A stretch of DNA of 64,000 nt, from the NCBI GenBank assembly GCA_036261255.1, contig DATALD010000035.1, forward strand, positions 683-64,682, read 5' to 3'. This stretch comes from Bacteroidales bacterium (GTDB lineage: Bacteria; Bacteroidota; Bacteroidia; Bacteroidales; VadinHA17). A model generated the notes under the pieces. That model saw nothing but the letters and a program-made list of their open reading frames with translations, had not been told where the DNA came from and searched no databases. Shown one piece after another: positions 33,534-43,799 of this stretch (the first letter of the stretch is position 1; each line of letters begins with the position of its first letter). Made by a program: the position numbers and the translations under genes.

Positions 33534-33986
33534 ATGAGAGTTGTTATTCAACGTGTTACAAAGGCTTCTGTAATAGTTAACGGAAGAGTTAAATCGGAGA
33601 TCAGCAAAGGACTTCTTATCCTTGCCGGGATTGAAACGTCCGACAACAAAGAGGACGTTGTATGGTTATCAAATAAGATAGTCAATCTCAGGATCTTCAA
33701 TGATACAAATGATGTTATGAATCTTTCAGTACTTGAAAGTGGCGGAGATATTCTTGTTGTAAGCCAATTCACTCTTCATGCAAAGACAAAAAAGGGGAAC
33801 AGGCCTTCATACATAAGGGCTGCAAACCCCGGGATAGCCATTCCGGTTTATAACAGTTTTGTTTCGCAGCTTGAGCTTTTGCTTGGCAAAAAAATTAAAA
33901 CAGGTGAATTTGGCGCCATGATGCTCGTAGAATCAGTCAATGACGGACCTGTAACTATACTGATCGATACGAAGGAGAAAGAATGA
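33534..33986 (+). CDS. dtd: D-aminoacyl-tRNA deacylase
   Basis: MRVVIQRVTKASV...GLLILAGI...VVSQFTLHA...NDGPVTILID aligns with E. coli Dtd end to end. I moved the start from the TTG at 33498 to the ATG at 33534. Confidence 0.9.
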   Translation: MRVVIQRVTKASVIVNGRVKSEISKGLLILAGIETSDNKEDVVWLSNKIVNLRIFNDTNDVMNLSVLESGGDILVVSQFTLHAKTKKGNRPSYIRAANPGIAIPVYNSFVSQLELLLGKKIKTGEFGAMMLVESVNDGPVTILIDTKEKE

Positions 33987-35377
33987 AAACAGAAAAGACA
34001 GAAAATCAGGTTTCGAAAGGATCGGTATTGTTAGTAGCTACTTTTGCAGCATTCCTGACCCCTTTCCTTGGCTCTGCAATAAACCTCGCACTTCCAGCTA
34101 TTGGAAAGGACATGAATGCATCAGCAATATCTTTAAGCTGGGTTGTGAGCAGCTTTATACTTTCATCTGCAGTTTTCCTGCTGCCTTTTGGGCATCTTGC
34201 TGATATCAAAGGAAGAAAAAAGATATTCAGTCTTGGCATTCTTCTTTTCACTGTTACAACTTTTTTCATTGCTTTCTCAGGAAGCATTACAAGCCTGTTA
34301 ATTCTCAGAATTATCCAGGGACTATCAAGCGCAATGATTTTTGGTACAAGCCTGGCAATAATAACTTCTGTGTTCCCGGCTGGTGAGAGGGGAAGGGCTA
34401 TGGGTATAAACATTACAGCTGTTTACCTTGGCCTTTCCTTAGGTCCCGTAATCGGAGGATTGATGACTCAGTACTTTGGTTGGAGAAGCATCTTTGTTTT
34501 CCTTGTTCCATTCGGAATAATCTCTCTTGTTCTTATAAGGAGTAAAATAAAGACAGAATGGGCTGAAGCCTCGAATGAAAAGTTTGACTGGCCCGGGTCT
34601 GTTGTTTATGGCATATCACTTGCATCTTTTACCTACGGTTTTTCTAAACTGCCGTCGTCAGTTGGATGGATATTACTTTCAATCGGAATAGTAATGGCTG
34701 CTGTATTCATTCTGATAGAAAGAAAAATAACGCATCCTGTATTTGATATCAAATTGATGCTTGAGAACCGGGTTTTCGCATTTTCAGGCCTCGCAGCATT
34801 AATCAACTATTCAGCAACAAGCGCAATCAGTTTTTTCATCAGTCTCTACCTCCAATACATTAAAGGTCTTGATGCAAGGAGCGCAGGAATGATTATGATA
34901 GCACAACCAATTGCGATGACTCTCCTCTCACCAGTTGCAGGAAAATTATCTGATAAAAAAAACCCGGGGGTAATAGCATCTGTTGGCATGGGGATAACAG
35001 CAGCCGGGCTCCTTTTTCTCTGCTTTGTTAATGAGCTTACTCCTTCGTGGATGATTATCTTTTTAATGTTCCTTCTCGGTATCGGCTTCGGGTTGTTTTC
35101 TTCCCCAAATTCAAATGCAATTATGAGCTCTGTTGAGAAACGTTACCTTGGAGTTGCATCCGGCATCGTTGGGACTATGCGTATGATTGGACAGATGATG
35201 AGCATGGGAATTGCCATGATGCTTGTGGCACTCTACCTGGGAGATAAACAAATAATTCCTGATTACTACCCCAATCTTATCGCTTCAATGAGAACAGGTT
35301 TTATCATTTTCTCCCTTCTCTCGGTGTTTGGAATTTTCGCTTCTCTTGCCCGGAATAAAAAACTCAGAAAATCCTGA
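33983..35377 (+). CDS. MFS transporter (14-TM DHA2-like)
   Basis: 464 aa of repeated hydrophobic helices. MFS motif LADIKGRKK. ATGA overlap with dtd. Confidence 0.8.
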   Translation: MKTEKTENQVSKGSVLLVATFAAFLTPFLGSAINLALPAIGKDMNASAISLSWVVSSFILSSAVFLLPFGHLADIKGRKKIFSLGILLFTVTTFFIAFSGSITSLLILRIIQGLSSAMIFGTSLAIITSVFPAGERGRAMGINITAVYLGLSLGPVIGGLMTQYFGWRSIFVFLVPFGIISLVLIRSKIKTEWAEASNEKFDWPGSVVYGISLASFTYGFSKLPSSVGWILLSIGIVMAAVFILIERKITHPVFDIKLMLENRVFAFSGLAALINYSATSAISFFISLYLQYIKGLDARSAGMIMIAQPIAMTLLSPVAGKLSDKKNPGVIASVGMGITAAGLLFLCFVNELTPSWMIIFLMFLLGIGFGLFSSPNSNAIMSSVEKRYLGVASGIVGTMRMIGQMMSMGIAMMLVALYLGDKQIIPDYYPNLIASMRTGFIIFSLLSVFGIFASLARNKKLRKS

Positions 35378-35556
35378 CCACTGACCCTGCCCTGAGCCTG
35401 AAAGTCACTCCAGTCACTTCTTCCTAACGCTAAATACTTTAGGCACTCTAGTGCACTCTAGTGCACTTTAACTACTATTATTAGCTTCCGTTATTCAAAA
35501 AATACTATATTGACCCCGATTTGAAATGCTGGAATTAAGGGCTAATTTATTATTTT

Positions 35557-36429
35557 ATGACCAAACTGTACGAAAAACTTACAAAAGCCGCACCATCGGA
35601 TTCTGAAGTAAACAAGGGTATTAAGAAGGTTTTGACTGCCTCACAAAAAGATACCGATAAGCATCAGCTTATGAGCATTTTAAATATGATAGATCTCACA
35701 AGTTTGAATGCAACTGACAATAAGAGTACTATCCTGAGGTTAACAGGGAATGTAAACAGTTTTTCAGGAAGGTATTCGAACATCCCCAATGTGGCTGCAA
35801 TATGCGTTTATCCCAATTTTGTTTCAGTTGTCAGGGAAAGGCTTACTGCCCGTAACATAAAAATAGCAGCTGTTGCCGGTGGGTTTCCGGCATCACAGAC
35901 ATTTCGGGCAATTAAGATAGCAGAATCAAAAATGGCAGTGGAAGCAGGCGCCGATGAGATAGATATTGTTATTCCTGTTGGCACTTTTCTGGCGAACGAT
36001 TTTGAACGTGTTGCAGATGAGATTAGGGAGATAAAGGGCGCAATCGGCGAAAAACAATTGAAAGTAATTCTCGAAACAGGCCTGCTCTCCGAATTTGATA
36101 AGATCTTTAAGGCTGCAATGGTCGCAATGGATGCTGGGGCAGATTTCATTAAAACATCAACAGGAAAAACACCTGTATCAGCCACCCCTGAAGCTGCTTA
36201 TGTAATGTGCATGGCAATTTCAGAGTTCTATTCAGAAACAGGCATTAAAGTAGGGTTAAAAGCCGCTGGTGGCATCGTAACCGCAGCTGATGCAATCGTT
36301 TACTATAACATCGTGTCAACCTGCCTTGGCAAGGGCTGGTTGAACAATGGACTTTTCAGGATTGGAGCAAGCAGGCTGGCAAATAATATACTTACTGAAA
36401 TATCAGGATGCCCTGCCACTCATTTCTGA
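35557..36429 (+). CDS. deoC: Deoxyribose-phosphate aldolase (long form)
   Basis: IDLTSLN..., VAAICVYP, and the Schiff-base lysine context DFIKTSTGK. Confidence 0.88.
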   Translation: MTKLYEKLTKAAPSDSEVNKGIKKVLTASQKDTDKHQLMSILNMIDLTSLNATDNKSTILRLTGNVNSFSGRYSNIPNVAAICVYPNFVSVVRERLTARNIKIAAVAGGFPASQTFRAIKIAESKMAVEAGADEIDIVIPVGTFLANDFERVADEIREIKGAIGEKQLKVILETGLLSEFDKIFKAAMVAMDAGADFIKTSTGKTPVSATPEAAYVMCMAISEFYSETGIKVGLKAAGGIVTAADAIVYYNIVSTCLGKGWLNNGLFRIGASRLANNILTEISGCPATHF

Positions 36430-36547
36430 AAAAAATCACTACCCTGAAGACCTTAAGTATTTGATTTAATTGATTTTCTTTGTTTTACCCCGACTCCAAG
36501 GGGTCCAAAGAACCGAGTCCAGCTTTGCTGGCTAGCTCGGCGAAGCC

Positions 36548-36593
36548 AAAATCAATTTACTCCCCTTGGGGGCTGGGTAAGTAAATTGATTTT
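36548..36593. other. Perfect 13-bp inverted repeat with a GC-rich 20-nt loop, inside a structured intergenic element
   Basis: aaaatcaatttac (36548-36560) pairs with gtaaattgatttt (36581-36593). The loop tccccttgggggctgggtaa can itself pair (cccc/gggg). Confidence 0.6.
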
Positions 36594-36647
36594 CGAGTTT
36601 ATGGTCCGATTATATAGATTCTACAGCACAACAAATGTAAATATCAC

Positions 36648-36655
36648 TATTTTTG
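36648..36655 (+). promoter_or_regulatory. Bacteroidota -7 box TAnnTTTG
   Basis: tatttttg, 22 nt upstream of the ATG at 36678. Confidence 0.45.
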
Positions 36656-36677
36656 CAGCGTTTGAATCCATTTTTTC

Positions 36678-37691
36678 ATGGCTGAATTCCCTCGGAATAT
36701 TATACAGGATACCACTGGCTTTGTTAGGGTTTCCAACGACAGTGCATTTAGTACTAGCACAACAAGGGTTTCCATTGACAGTGTGAGTAATCTACCTGAA
36801 GTACCATATAGAATTGTCAGGGAACAAGTTTCAGTACCTGTAGTGGTAGACACAACACTCGTATGTCAGCGAAACAGTATTGCTGATGTTACGCTTTCAG
36901 ATTCTGCCGGGTTTATTCATTACCTGAATACACCGAAAAATGATAAAACAATATATCTTCTTGCATCAAATACACGAAAAGTATTCACAGAAAAACGAGA
37001 GGCGCTCACACAACAGCTCAAAGATGGAAAAGAAATTGCCACTCTCGCCCCTGGATATGATTGGATTATTTTCGTTCTCGTTATTTCAGCTTTTCTTATT
37101 TCCGTAATAGGATCTGTTTCAAACAGCTTTAAATCTGCTTTAAGGTTTTTGTCATTCAGAAGATTAATAGATCCTGATTATGGTGAGACCGGTTCTCTTT
37201 TCCACTGGCAGTCAACACTGCAGAATATAGTTTCATTTGCTGTTATTGGACTTTTCATTTACAATTCAGCAGCATTTTATAACAGTATACCATCCATGTT
37301 TAATGGATTTGTTTTCTGGGCGATAATCATGACTTCAATTATTATTGCATTTACCCTGCGGTATGCAATTTGTGCAATTACAGGAAGCTTGAGTAACCAG
37401 AGAGAAGCCTTCAATGAATACATGTCAGTCATCTGTCAAACATATCATATAGGAGCTCTGTTGCTTTTCATACTCACAATATTCATTGCTTATATAACTA
37501 TTATACCTGTTAAGGCATTAATTATTTCAGGTTTTGTGATCCTGGGATTAATGTATGTTCTGCGTGTGCTAAGGCTTTTGATTATTTTTATGAACAGGAA
37601 TATTTCCTTTTTCTATTTGATTTTATACCTTTGTGCGCTGGAAATTCTGCCTGTTGCCGTTGCTATCAGGTACTTTTCTGGCCCTAATTGA
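36678..37691 (+). CDS. Multi-pass membrane protein (DUF4271-like, commonly found upstream of hemD in Bacteroidota)
   Basis: 337 aa. Soluble N-terminal third, then about 6 TM helices. The family call comes from recalled synteny and architecture. Confidence 0.55.
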   Translation: MAEFPRNIIQDTTGFVRVSNDSAFSTSTTRVSIDSVSNLPEVPYRIVREQVSVPVVVDTTLVCQRNSIADVTLSDSAGFIHYLNTPKNDKTIYLLASNTRKVFTEKREALTQQLKDGKEIATLAPGYDWIIFVLVISAFLISVIGSVSNSFKSALRFLSFRRLIDPDYGETGSLFHWQSTLQNIVSFAVIGLFIYNSAAFYNSIPSMFNGFVFWAIIMTSIIIAFTLRYAICAITGSLSNQREAFNEYMSVICQTYHIGALLLFILTIFIAYITIIPVKALIISGFVILGLMYVLRVLRLLIIFMNRNISFFYLILYLCALEILPVAVAIRYFSGPN

Positions 37692-37736
37692 AGTAATTTT
37701 GATGTTTTCAGTGTTCATTAACTAAAAGTTAAAAAA

Positions 37737-38489
37737 TTGAAAATAAAGAAGATATTAGTATCACAGCCAGAACCTCAAAACCCGAAATCGCCCTACAATG
37801 AGCTGGCAAAAAAATATAATCTCAAAGTAGAATTTAAACCCTTTGTTGAAATTGAAGGATTATCTGCTAAAGATTTCAGGCAACAAAAAATAAATATTCT
37901 TGATTATAGCGCTGTAATTTTTACAAGTAAAACAGGGATTGATCATTTTTTCAGGATTTGCAATGAGTTAAGAGCGGTGGTTCCTGATACAATGAAGTAC
38001 TTCTGCATAACTGAGAATGTTGCCTTCTACCTGCAAAAATATATCGTTTACCGGAAAAGAAAGATATTCCACGGGAATGCCAAATTCCAGGATCTTATTG
38101 ATATTATTGTCAAGCACAAGGAAGACAATTTCTTCGTTCCTTTGTCAGAGCCTCATAATGCTGAAATCCCTGATCTTCTCGATAAGAATGGAATTAAATA
38201 CACTGTAGGAACACTATACAGAACAATAAGTACTCATTTCAATAACATGGAAGAATTCGATTATGATATAATCGTTTTCTACAGTCCTTCCGGGATCAAA
38301 TCACTAAAAGAAAATTTCCCGAATTTTATCCAGGGAGATATTAAGATTGCAGCATTTGGCCCTACCACAGCATGTGCCGTTGAAAGTGAAGGTTTAAGGC
38401 TCGACATTAATGCTCCTAATCCCAAAGCTCCTTCAATGACAATGGCACTTGATGAGTTCCTGAAGGATTTTAACAAGAGTCTTAAGTAA
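37737..38489 (+). CDS. hemD: Uroporphyrinogen-III synthase
   Basis: 250 aa. KILVSQPEP start and IFTSKTG / VFYSPSG half-domain motifs typical of HemD. Apparent TTG start. Confidence 0.7.
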   Translation: MKIKKILVSQPEPQNPKSPYNELAKKYNLKVEFKPFVEIEGLSAKDFRQQKINILDYSAVIFTSKTGIDHFFRICNELRAVVPDTMKYFCITENVAFYLQKYIVYRKRKIFHGNAKFQDLIDIIVKHKEDNFFVPLSEPHNAEIPDLLDKNGIKYTVGTLYRTISTHFNNMEEFDYDIIVFYSPSGIKSLKENFPNFIQGDIKIAAFGPTTACAVESEGLRLDINAPNPKAPSMTMALDEFLKDFNKSLK

Positions 38490-38490
38490 T

Positions 38491-38928
38491 TTGTGTTTAT
38501 TCCGCGTCAAACCGGAAAACCTGCCAAAATTGGATAGAATCCGTCATACCTTCGGCAAAGAAGAAAGACTTTGCAGCACCAGGATAATAACTGAACTTTT
38601 TGATGATGGCAACATCTTTCATTATTCCATTTTCAAGGTAGTATGGAAGATCAGCACATCTAAACTCCCTTCTCCTGCACAGGTGGCGTTCAGCGTATCA
38701 AAAAGAAGTTTCAGGAAAGCTGTTGACAGGAATCTGATTAAAAGGAGAATGCGCGAAGCTTACAGGAAGAACAAACATATTCTTTATCAGAAACTTGAAG
38801 ATTCAGGTAACCAGATTGCTTTTATTATAATTATGAGAAGTAATGAAATACCTGATTACATCACTGTTGAAACAACAATGAGAAGTATAATTAACAAGCT
38901 TGCAGGCTCATTGAATAAAACTGATTAA
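38491..38928 (+). CDS. rnpA: Ribonuclease P protein component
   Basis: FGKEERLCSTRIITELF...VAFSVSKRSFRKAVDRNLIKRRMREAYR, the RNR motif region. The start is uncertain: TTG at 38491 or in-frame TTG at 38530. Confidence 0.85.
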   Translation: MCLFRVKPENLPKLDRIRHTFGKEERLCSTRIITELFDDGNIFHYSIFKVVWKISTSKLPSPAQVAFSVSKRSFRKAVDRNLIKRRMREAYRKNKHILYQKLEDSGNQIAFIIIMRSNEIPDYITVETTMRSIINKLAGSLNKTD

Positions 38929-39020
38929 ATGTTAAATTTTTTTTAATTAGTTGCATTACAGCTCTATTGCTTCAATTTCTTATTATTTTCGTCGTTTAAA
39001 AACATAATATTCAGATTTAA

Positions 39021-40775
39021 ATGAAAAAACTACATAAAGGGAAAATCATCCTTATCATCCTGGTGCTGTTTACTGCAGCCATCAGCACAGGTTTTCTCGT
39101 CAGCAAGGAGACAAGAGATTTCAAAATAGCAAAAAACCTTGATATTTTCTTTACTCTTTTCAGGGAGCTCAATACTTTTTATGTTGATGAAATTGACCCT
39201 GATAAGGTTGTAAAATCGGGAATAGATAATATGTTGCAGACTCTTGATCCATATACAGTTTATTTTCCTGAATCAGATGCTAATGAATTCAGGATATTAA
39301 CAACAGGCAAATATGGTGGTATAGGTTCTTTGATAAGAATGAGCGGAGATTATACTGTTGTAAGTGAAGTTTATAAGAACTTCCCTGCTGACCTTGCCGG
39401 GATTAAAGCCGGAGATCTTCTGAAGAAGGTCGACGGCTCAAGCATCAAAGGTTTTTCAACTGACCAGGTTAGCGAAAAGCTCAAAGGTGTTCCCGGGACA
39501 ACAATAAAGCTTACTATCGAAAGGAACGGCCAAGAATCAGACCTGAATCTGAAAAGAGAGAAGATAGCGATCCCTGCAGTGCCTTATTTTGGTATAATAG
39601 GCAAGGAAACAGGATACATAAGGTTCACCTCCTTCACACAGAACTGCGTTGATGAGGTAAAAAATGCTCTTTTAAGTCTTAAGAAAAACGGTGCAAAACA
39701 TATCATTCTTGATCTGCGCGGAAACCCTGGCGGCCTTCTAACCGAGGCAGTTGAAATAATTAATCTTTTTGTTGGACCAGGGAACGAAGTTGTTTCCACA
39801 AAAGGGAAAGTAAAACAGTTCGACGAAGTATTCAAAACAACAAAGGCTGCTATCGATGAAACAATTCCCCTTGCAATTATAATCAATCGTGGTTCTGCAT
39901 CAGCAAGTGAGATAGTAGCGGGAGCTATACAGGATCTTGACAGGGGGATAGTTGTTGGGCAACGTTCTTACGGGAAAGGTCTGGTGCAGGTTACAAGACC
40001 ACTTAGCTATAATACCCAGCTGAAAGTGACTACTGCAAAGTATTATATTCCCAGCGGTAGATGCATCCAGGCAATCGATTTCGCACACAGAAATGAAGAT
40101 GGGAGTGTTGGTATGATTCCTGACTCGCTCATATCGGAGTTCAAAACAAGGAATGGAAGGCTTGTTAAAGATGGAGGTGGCATATTGCCAGATATTGATA
40201 TTGCCCCTGAAAACCTATCCCAGATTGCAACAGAACTATATTTAAGGAACTTCATATTTGATTATGCAACAAAATATTACTGGCAAAAACCTGTACTTAC
40301 GTCGCCAGAACAATTTACTTTCACTGACGATGATTATGCCGATTTCAGTAGGATGCTTACAGATAAAAAGTTCGATTATTCAACTGAAACAGAGGAGAGC
40401 TTTAAGGAGCTGATAGCTAATGCCAAGAAAGAGAAATATTATGACCTTCATAAAGATCTTTTGACCTCACTTCAGAAAGATCTGTCTCACAGCCTTGACA
40501 GTGATCTGAAGATTTTCAGGCAAGAAATAGTTAACTTGCTTGAAGATGAAATCATCAGCAGGTATTTTTATGAAGAAGGTGCACTTGCATGGGCAGTCAA
40601 AAAGGATAACCAGGTGCTGAAAGCAATTGACCTTTTAAGTGATAAAGAACAATATAGCTCAATCCTTCAGGGGAAGTCTGGTGCAATAATGCTTACAGGA
40701 AGTATTCAGGATACCCAAAATAATCCTAATCAGTATTTTCCCGGGAAAAAATTCGCTTCTCTGGAAAATATCTGA
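39021..40775 (+). CDS. S41-family carboxy-terminal processing peptidase with PDZ domain
   Basis: PDZ region (GIKAGDLLKKVDG). Catalytic region LDLRGNPGGLL...GSASASEI...GQRSYGKG. Confidence 0.9.
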   Translation: MKKLHKGKIILIILVLFTAAISTGFLVSKETRDFKIAKNLDIFFTLFRELNTFYVDEIDPDKVVKSGIDNMLQTLDPYTVYFPESDANEFRILTTGKYGGIGSLIRMSGDYTVVSEVYKNFPADLAGIKAGDLLKKVDGSSIKGFSTDQVSEKLKGVPGTTIKLTIERNGQESDLNLKREKIAIPAVPYFGIIGKETGYIRFTSFTQNCVDEVKNALLSLKKNGAKHIILDLRGNPGGLLTEAVEIINLFVGPGNEVVSTKGKVKQFDEVFKTTKAAIDETIPLAIIINRGSASASEIVAGAIQDLDRGIVVGQRSYGKGLVQVTRPLSYNTQLKVTTAKYYIPSGRCIQAIDFAHRNEDGSVGMIPDSLISEFKTRNGRLVKDGGGILPDIDIAPENLSQIATELYLRNFIFDYATKYYWQKPVLTSPEQFTFTDDDYADFSRMLTDKKFDYSTETEESFKELIANAKKEKYYDLHKDLLTSLQKDLSHSLDSDLKIFRQEIVNLLEDEIISRYFYEEGALAWAVKKDNQVLKAIDLLSDKEQYSSILQGKSGAIMLTGSIQDTQNNPNQYFPGKKFASLENI

Positions 40776-40805
40776 TCCTTGAAGCCGGGTATGTTTTTTA
40801 GAGAA

Positions 40806-41039
40806 CTATCCCCCATAAAAAGGAGGAAGAAGAGCAATCTCATCACCATCATGTAAAGAGGGATCATTCTCTATAAGTATCCTGTTATGACTTATCCTGA
40901 ATTTGTAGTGCGAGATCGGTGGGAAATCATCTCTGATTCTCATCATCAGGTCATTATATGAAGCAACCTGCAAATAAGTTCTGAAGCTGGTTCCTGTCAT
41001 ATCTGCCAGAATGCCGAAAAACAAAACATTGATCTCCAA
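40806..41039 (-). CDS. moaD: MoaD/ThiS-family sulfur-carrier protein (MoaD-like)
   Basis: 77 aa. MEINVLFFGILADMTG...DGDEIALLPPFYGG with a C-terminal Gly-Gly. Confidence 0.75.
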   Translation of the reverse strand: MEINVLFFGILADMTGTSFRTYLQVASYNDLMMRIRDDFPPISHYKFRISHNRILIENDPSLHDGDEIALLPPFYGG

Positions 41040-41057
41040 GATTTTTGTTTTTATAAA

Positions 41058-43793
41058 TTAATGAGCTTCAAACCAGTTCTTACCCTTTCCCCATTCCACA
41101 GCCAATGGAACTCTTAGAACGGCTGCATTTGACATCTCATATACAACCATTTCTTTTAATTTTTCAAACTCATTTTCAGGAACTTCAAAAATAAGCTCGT
41201 CATGTACCTGAAGTATCATTTTCGATTTGAAATTTTCAGAATGCAATCTTCTGAATATTCTTACCATGGCAAGTTTTATGATATCAGCAGCGCTGCCCTG
41301 AATAGGAGCATTTATTGCATTTCGTTCTGCCATCCCTCTTACAACCTGGTTTCTTGAATGAATATCAGGCAGGTATCGGCGTCTTCCAAACATTGTTTTT
41401 ACGTAACCCAGCTCTCTTGCAGCGTTTATACTTTCATCCATATATAACTTAACACCAGGGTATGAGCTGAAATACCCGTCAATAAGCTCCTTGGCTTCTT
41501 TTCTGCCTATTGTAAGCCTTTCTGAAAGACCAAAAGTTGAGATGCCATATATAATCCCAAAATTAGCTGTTTTGGCCCTGCTGCGCATTTCCCTTGTGAC
41601 CTCGCTGATGTCAACTCCAAATATTTTTGATGCTGTTGCCGCATGAATATCATTCCCAGAAAGAAAATCCGAAATCATGCTGCTATCCTGACTTAGGTGT
41701 GCCATCAGCCTTAGTTCTATCTGCGAATAATCAACTGAAAGCATTATTTGCCCTTCTTCAGGGACAAAAGCTTTTCTCAGCTGCCTTCCACGTTCATCCC
41801 TCACTGGAATATTCTGCAGATTAGGATTTACAGAGCTTAATCTTCCTGTTGCTGCTACAGCTTGGTTAAAGCTTGTATGGATTCTTCCGGTCTTTTTGTC
41901 AACCAGATGGGGCAATGCTTCAACATAAGTTGTCAAGAGCTTTTTAAGACCCCTGTACTCAAGAACCTTCTCAACAATAGGATGCTTGCTGACAAGACGC
42001 TGAAGTATTTCTTCACTTGTGACAAACTGCTTTGTCTTTGTCATCTTGGCCTTTTCATCAAGCTTGAGCTTTATGAAGAGTATATCTCCGAGTTGTTTTG
42101 GGGATGATATGTTAAACTCTGTTCCGGCAAGGTTAAAAATCTCTTTTTCAAGATTTATAATATCTTCACGGAGGGTCCCCATGATATTTGAAAGATCCGA
42201 CAGATCAAGCTTTACTCCATATATCTCCATTGCCGCAAGAACGTTGACGAGCGGCATTTCGATTTCAGTTGAAAGCTTCATCAGTCCCTGCTCCTTCAGC
42301 TTTGGTTCAAGAATATTTTTAAGCTGAAAAGCAATATCGGTTTGTTCCGTAAGAAAATCCCTTTGTCTTTCCAGGGTATTTGTATTCAGCTCATTTGAAA
42401 TTGTCTTGTATGAGAGGTACAATTCGGCAAGCCTTGAAAGGTCATGCCCCATCTCCGGTTCAATAAGGTAATGGGCCAGAAGAGTATCGAAAACCGGACC
42501 ATTCACTTCAATTCCCAGGCCAGCAAGATTCCTGATATCAGTTTTGACATCATGCCCTATCTTTATTATTGATTGACTTGAGAACAATGTTTTGAGGATT
42601 TCAATCTTTGCATCTATATCATTGTTAAGTATGATAAGGCTTCCAGCGCCCCTCTCCCACGAGAATGAAATTGCCTTTGTTGCATCTGGAGAGTCCTGGA
42701 TTAATGTCTTGAAGCTGAATTTCTTCGGATCATTCAGTTTTATAATAAGTGAAGATAGTTCTTCTATCCCTTCAACAATATCATACTGATGGGTTACAGT
42801 TTCAAGTGAATTGATAGTCTTCGTTTCTATTTCCTGGGCGGCATCGAATAAAGTTCCCTGTAAAGAATCAGGGGGTGCAGCAGGTTCAAACTTACTCTCA
42901 ATTGATTGTTTACCGTCAAGAACTTTTGATATCAATGATTTGAACTCAAGCTCTTCAAAGAGGGGCTTGAGCCTTGCCGAATCAGGTTCGCGTCTCTTGA
43001 TTGCTTCTTCGTTGAGTTCAATAGGAGCAAACTGATCAATAATTACAAGCTTTTTCGAAAATTCAATTTGTTCCCTGTTTTTTTCAAGTATATCACGGCA
43101 CTTACCTGCTACTTTTGGGGTATTCTGCATAAGCTCCTCAACTGACTTGAATTCACTTATTAGCTTCATCGCAGTCTTTGGACCAATACCCGGCGCTCCT
43201 GGTATATTGTCCGAAGAATCACCCATCAAAGCAAGTACGTCAATTACCTGGCAGGGATTATCTACATGGAATTCCCTTTTGATATCATCTACTCCCCAAA
43301 TAATTGATTCAACTCCGTTTCTTGCGGGCTTAATTATAAAAATATTTTCGGAAACTAGCTGGGCAAAATCCTTATCAGGCGTCATCATGTAGGTTTTATA
43401 TCCTTTCTCGGATGCTTTTCTGGCAAGTGTGCCGATTACATCATCCGCTTCAAAGCCCGGACAATCGTAAACAGGAATCCTGTAACCTTCAAGGAGTTTT
43501 TTGATATATGGTATTGATGTCTTTATGTCTTCTGGAGTTTCATTACGGGTTGACTTATACGCAGCATACATTTCATGCCTGAATGTTGGCGACGGATGGT
43601 CGAAAACAATAGCCATGTGCGTGGGCTTTTGAGTGCGAATCACTTCTTCAAGTGCAAGCAGGAAACCGAATATTGCTGATGTGTTTAAACCTTTGGAGGT
43701 TATTCTTGGATTTTTAATAAATGCATAATATGCACGGAAGATCAATGCATAAGCATCTAACAATAAAAGCTTTTTCTCCTGGTTCTCAGACAT
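41058..43793 (-). CDS. polA: DNA polymerase I
   Basis: 911 aa. 5'-nuclease domain (LLDAYALIFRAYYA), a 3'-5' exo-like domain, and polymerase motifs A (DYSQIELR), B (RSRAKTANFGIIYG) and C (QVHDEL). Confidence 0.97.
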   Translation of the reverse strand: MSENQEKKLLLLDAYALIFRAYYAFIKNPRITSKGLNTSAIFGFLLALEEVIRTQKPTHMAIVFDHPSPTFRHEMYAAYKSTRNETPEDIKTSIPYIKKLLEGYRIPVYDCPGFEADDVIGTLARKASEKGYKTYMMTPDKDFAQLVSENIFIIKPARNGVESIIWGVDDIKREFHVDNPCQVIDVLALMGDSSDNIPGAPGIGPKTAMKLISEFKSVEELMQNTPKVAGKCRDILEKNREQIEFSKKLVIIDQFAPIELNEEAIKRREPDSARLKPLFEELEFKSLISKVLDGKQSIESKFEPAAPPDSLQGTLFDAAQEIETKTINSLETVTHQYDIVEGIEELSSLIIKLNDPKKFSFKTLIQDSPDATKAISFSWERGAGSLIILNNDIDAKIEILKTLFSSQSIIKIGHDVKTDIRNLAGLGIEVNGPVFDTLLAHYLIEPEMGHDLSRLAELYLSYKTISNELNTNTLERQRDFLTEQTDIAFQLKNILEPKLKEQGLMKLSTEIEMPLVNVLAAMEIYGVKLDLSDLSNIMGTLREDIINLEKEIFNLAGTEFNISSPKQLGDILFIKLKLDEKAKMTKTKQFVTSEEILQRLVSKHPIVEKVLEYRGLKKLLTTYVEALPHLVDKKTGRIHTSFNQAVAATGRLSSVNPNLQNIPVRDERGRQLRKAFVPEEGQIMLSVDYSQIELRLMAHLSQDSSMISDFLSGNDIHAATASKIFGVDISEVTREMRSRAKTANFGIIYGISTFGLSERLTIGRKEAKELIDGYFSSYPGVKLYMDESINAARELGYVKTMFGRRRYLPDIHSRNQVVRGMAERNAINAPIQGSAADIIKLAMVRIFRRLHSENFKSKMILQVHDELIFEVPENEFEKLKEMVVYEMSNAAVLRVPLAVEWGKGKNWFEAH

Positions 43794-43799
43794 TATTTC

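Noticed and set aside
35443-35470. Tandem gcactctagt repeats, considered as a possible CRISPR or VNTR.
   Set aside because: There are only about 2.5 copies of a 10-nt unit, with no spacers, so it is not CRISPR-like. It is kept only as part of the short-repeat observation.
36586-36853. ORFs 36586-36786 (+) and 36647-36853 (-) near the structured island.
   Set aside because: They overlap the promoter box and the start of the 337-aa membrane protein ORF. They have no motifs and an odd composition.
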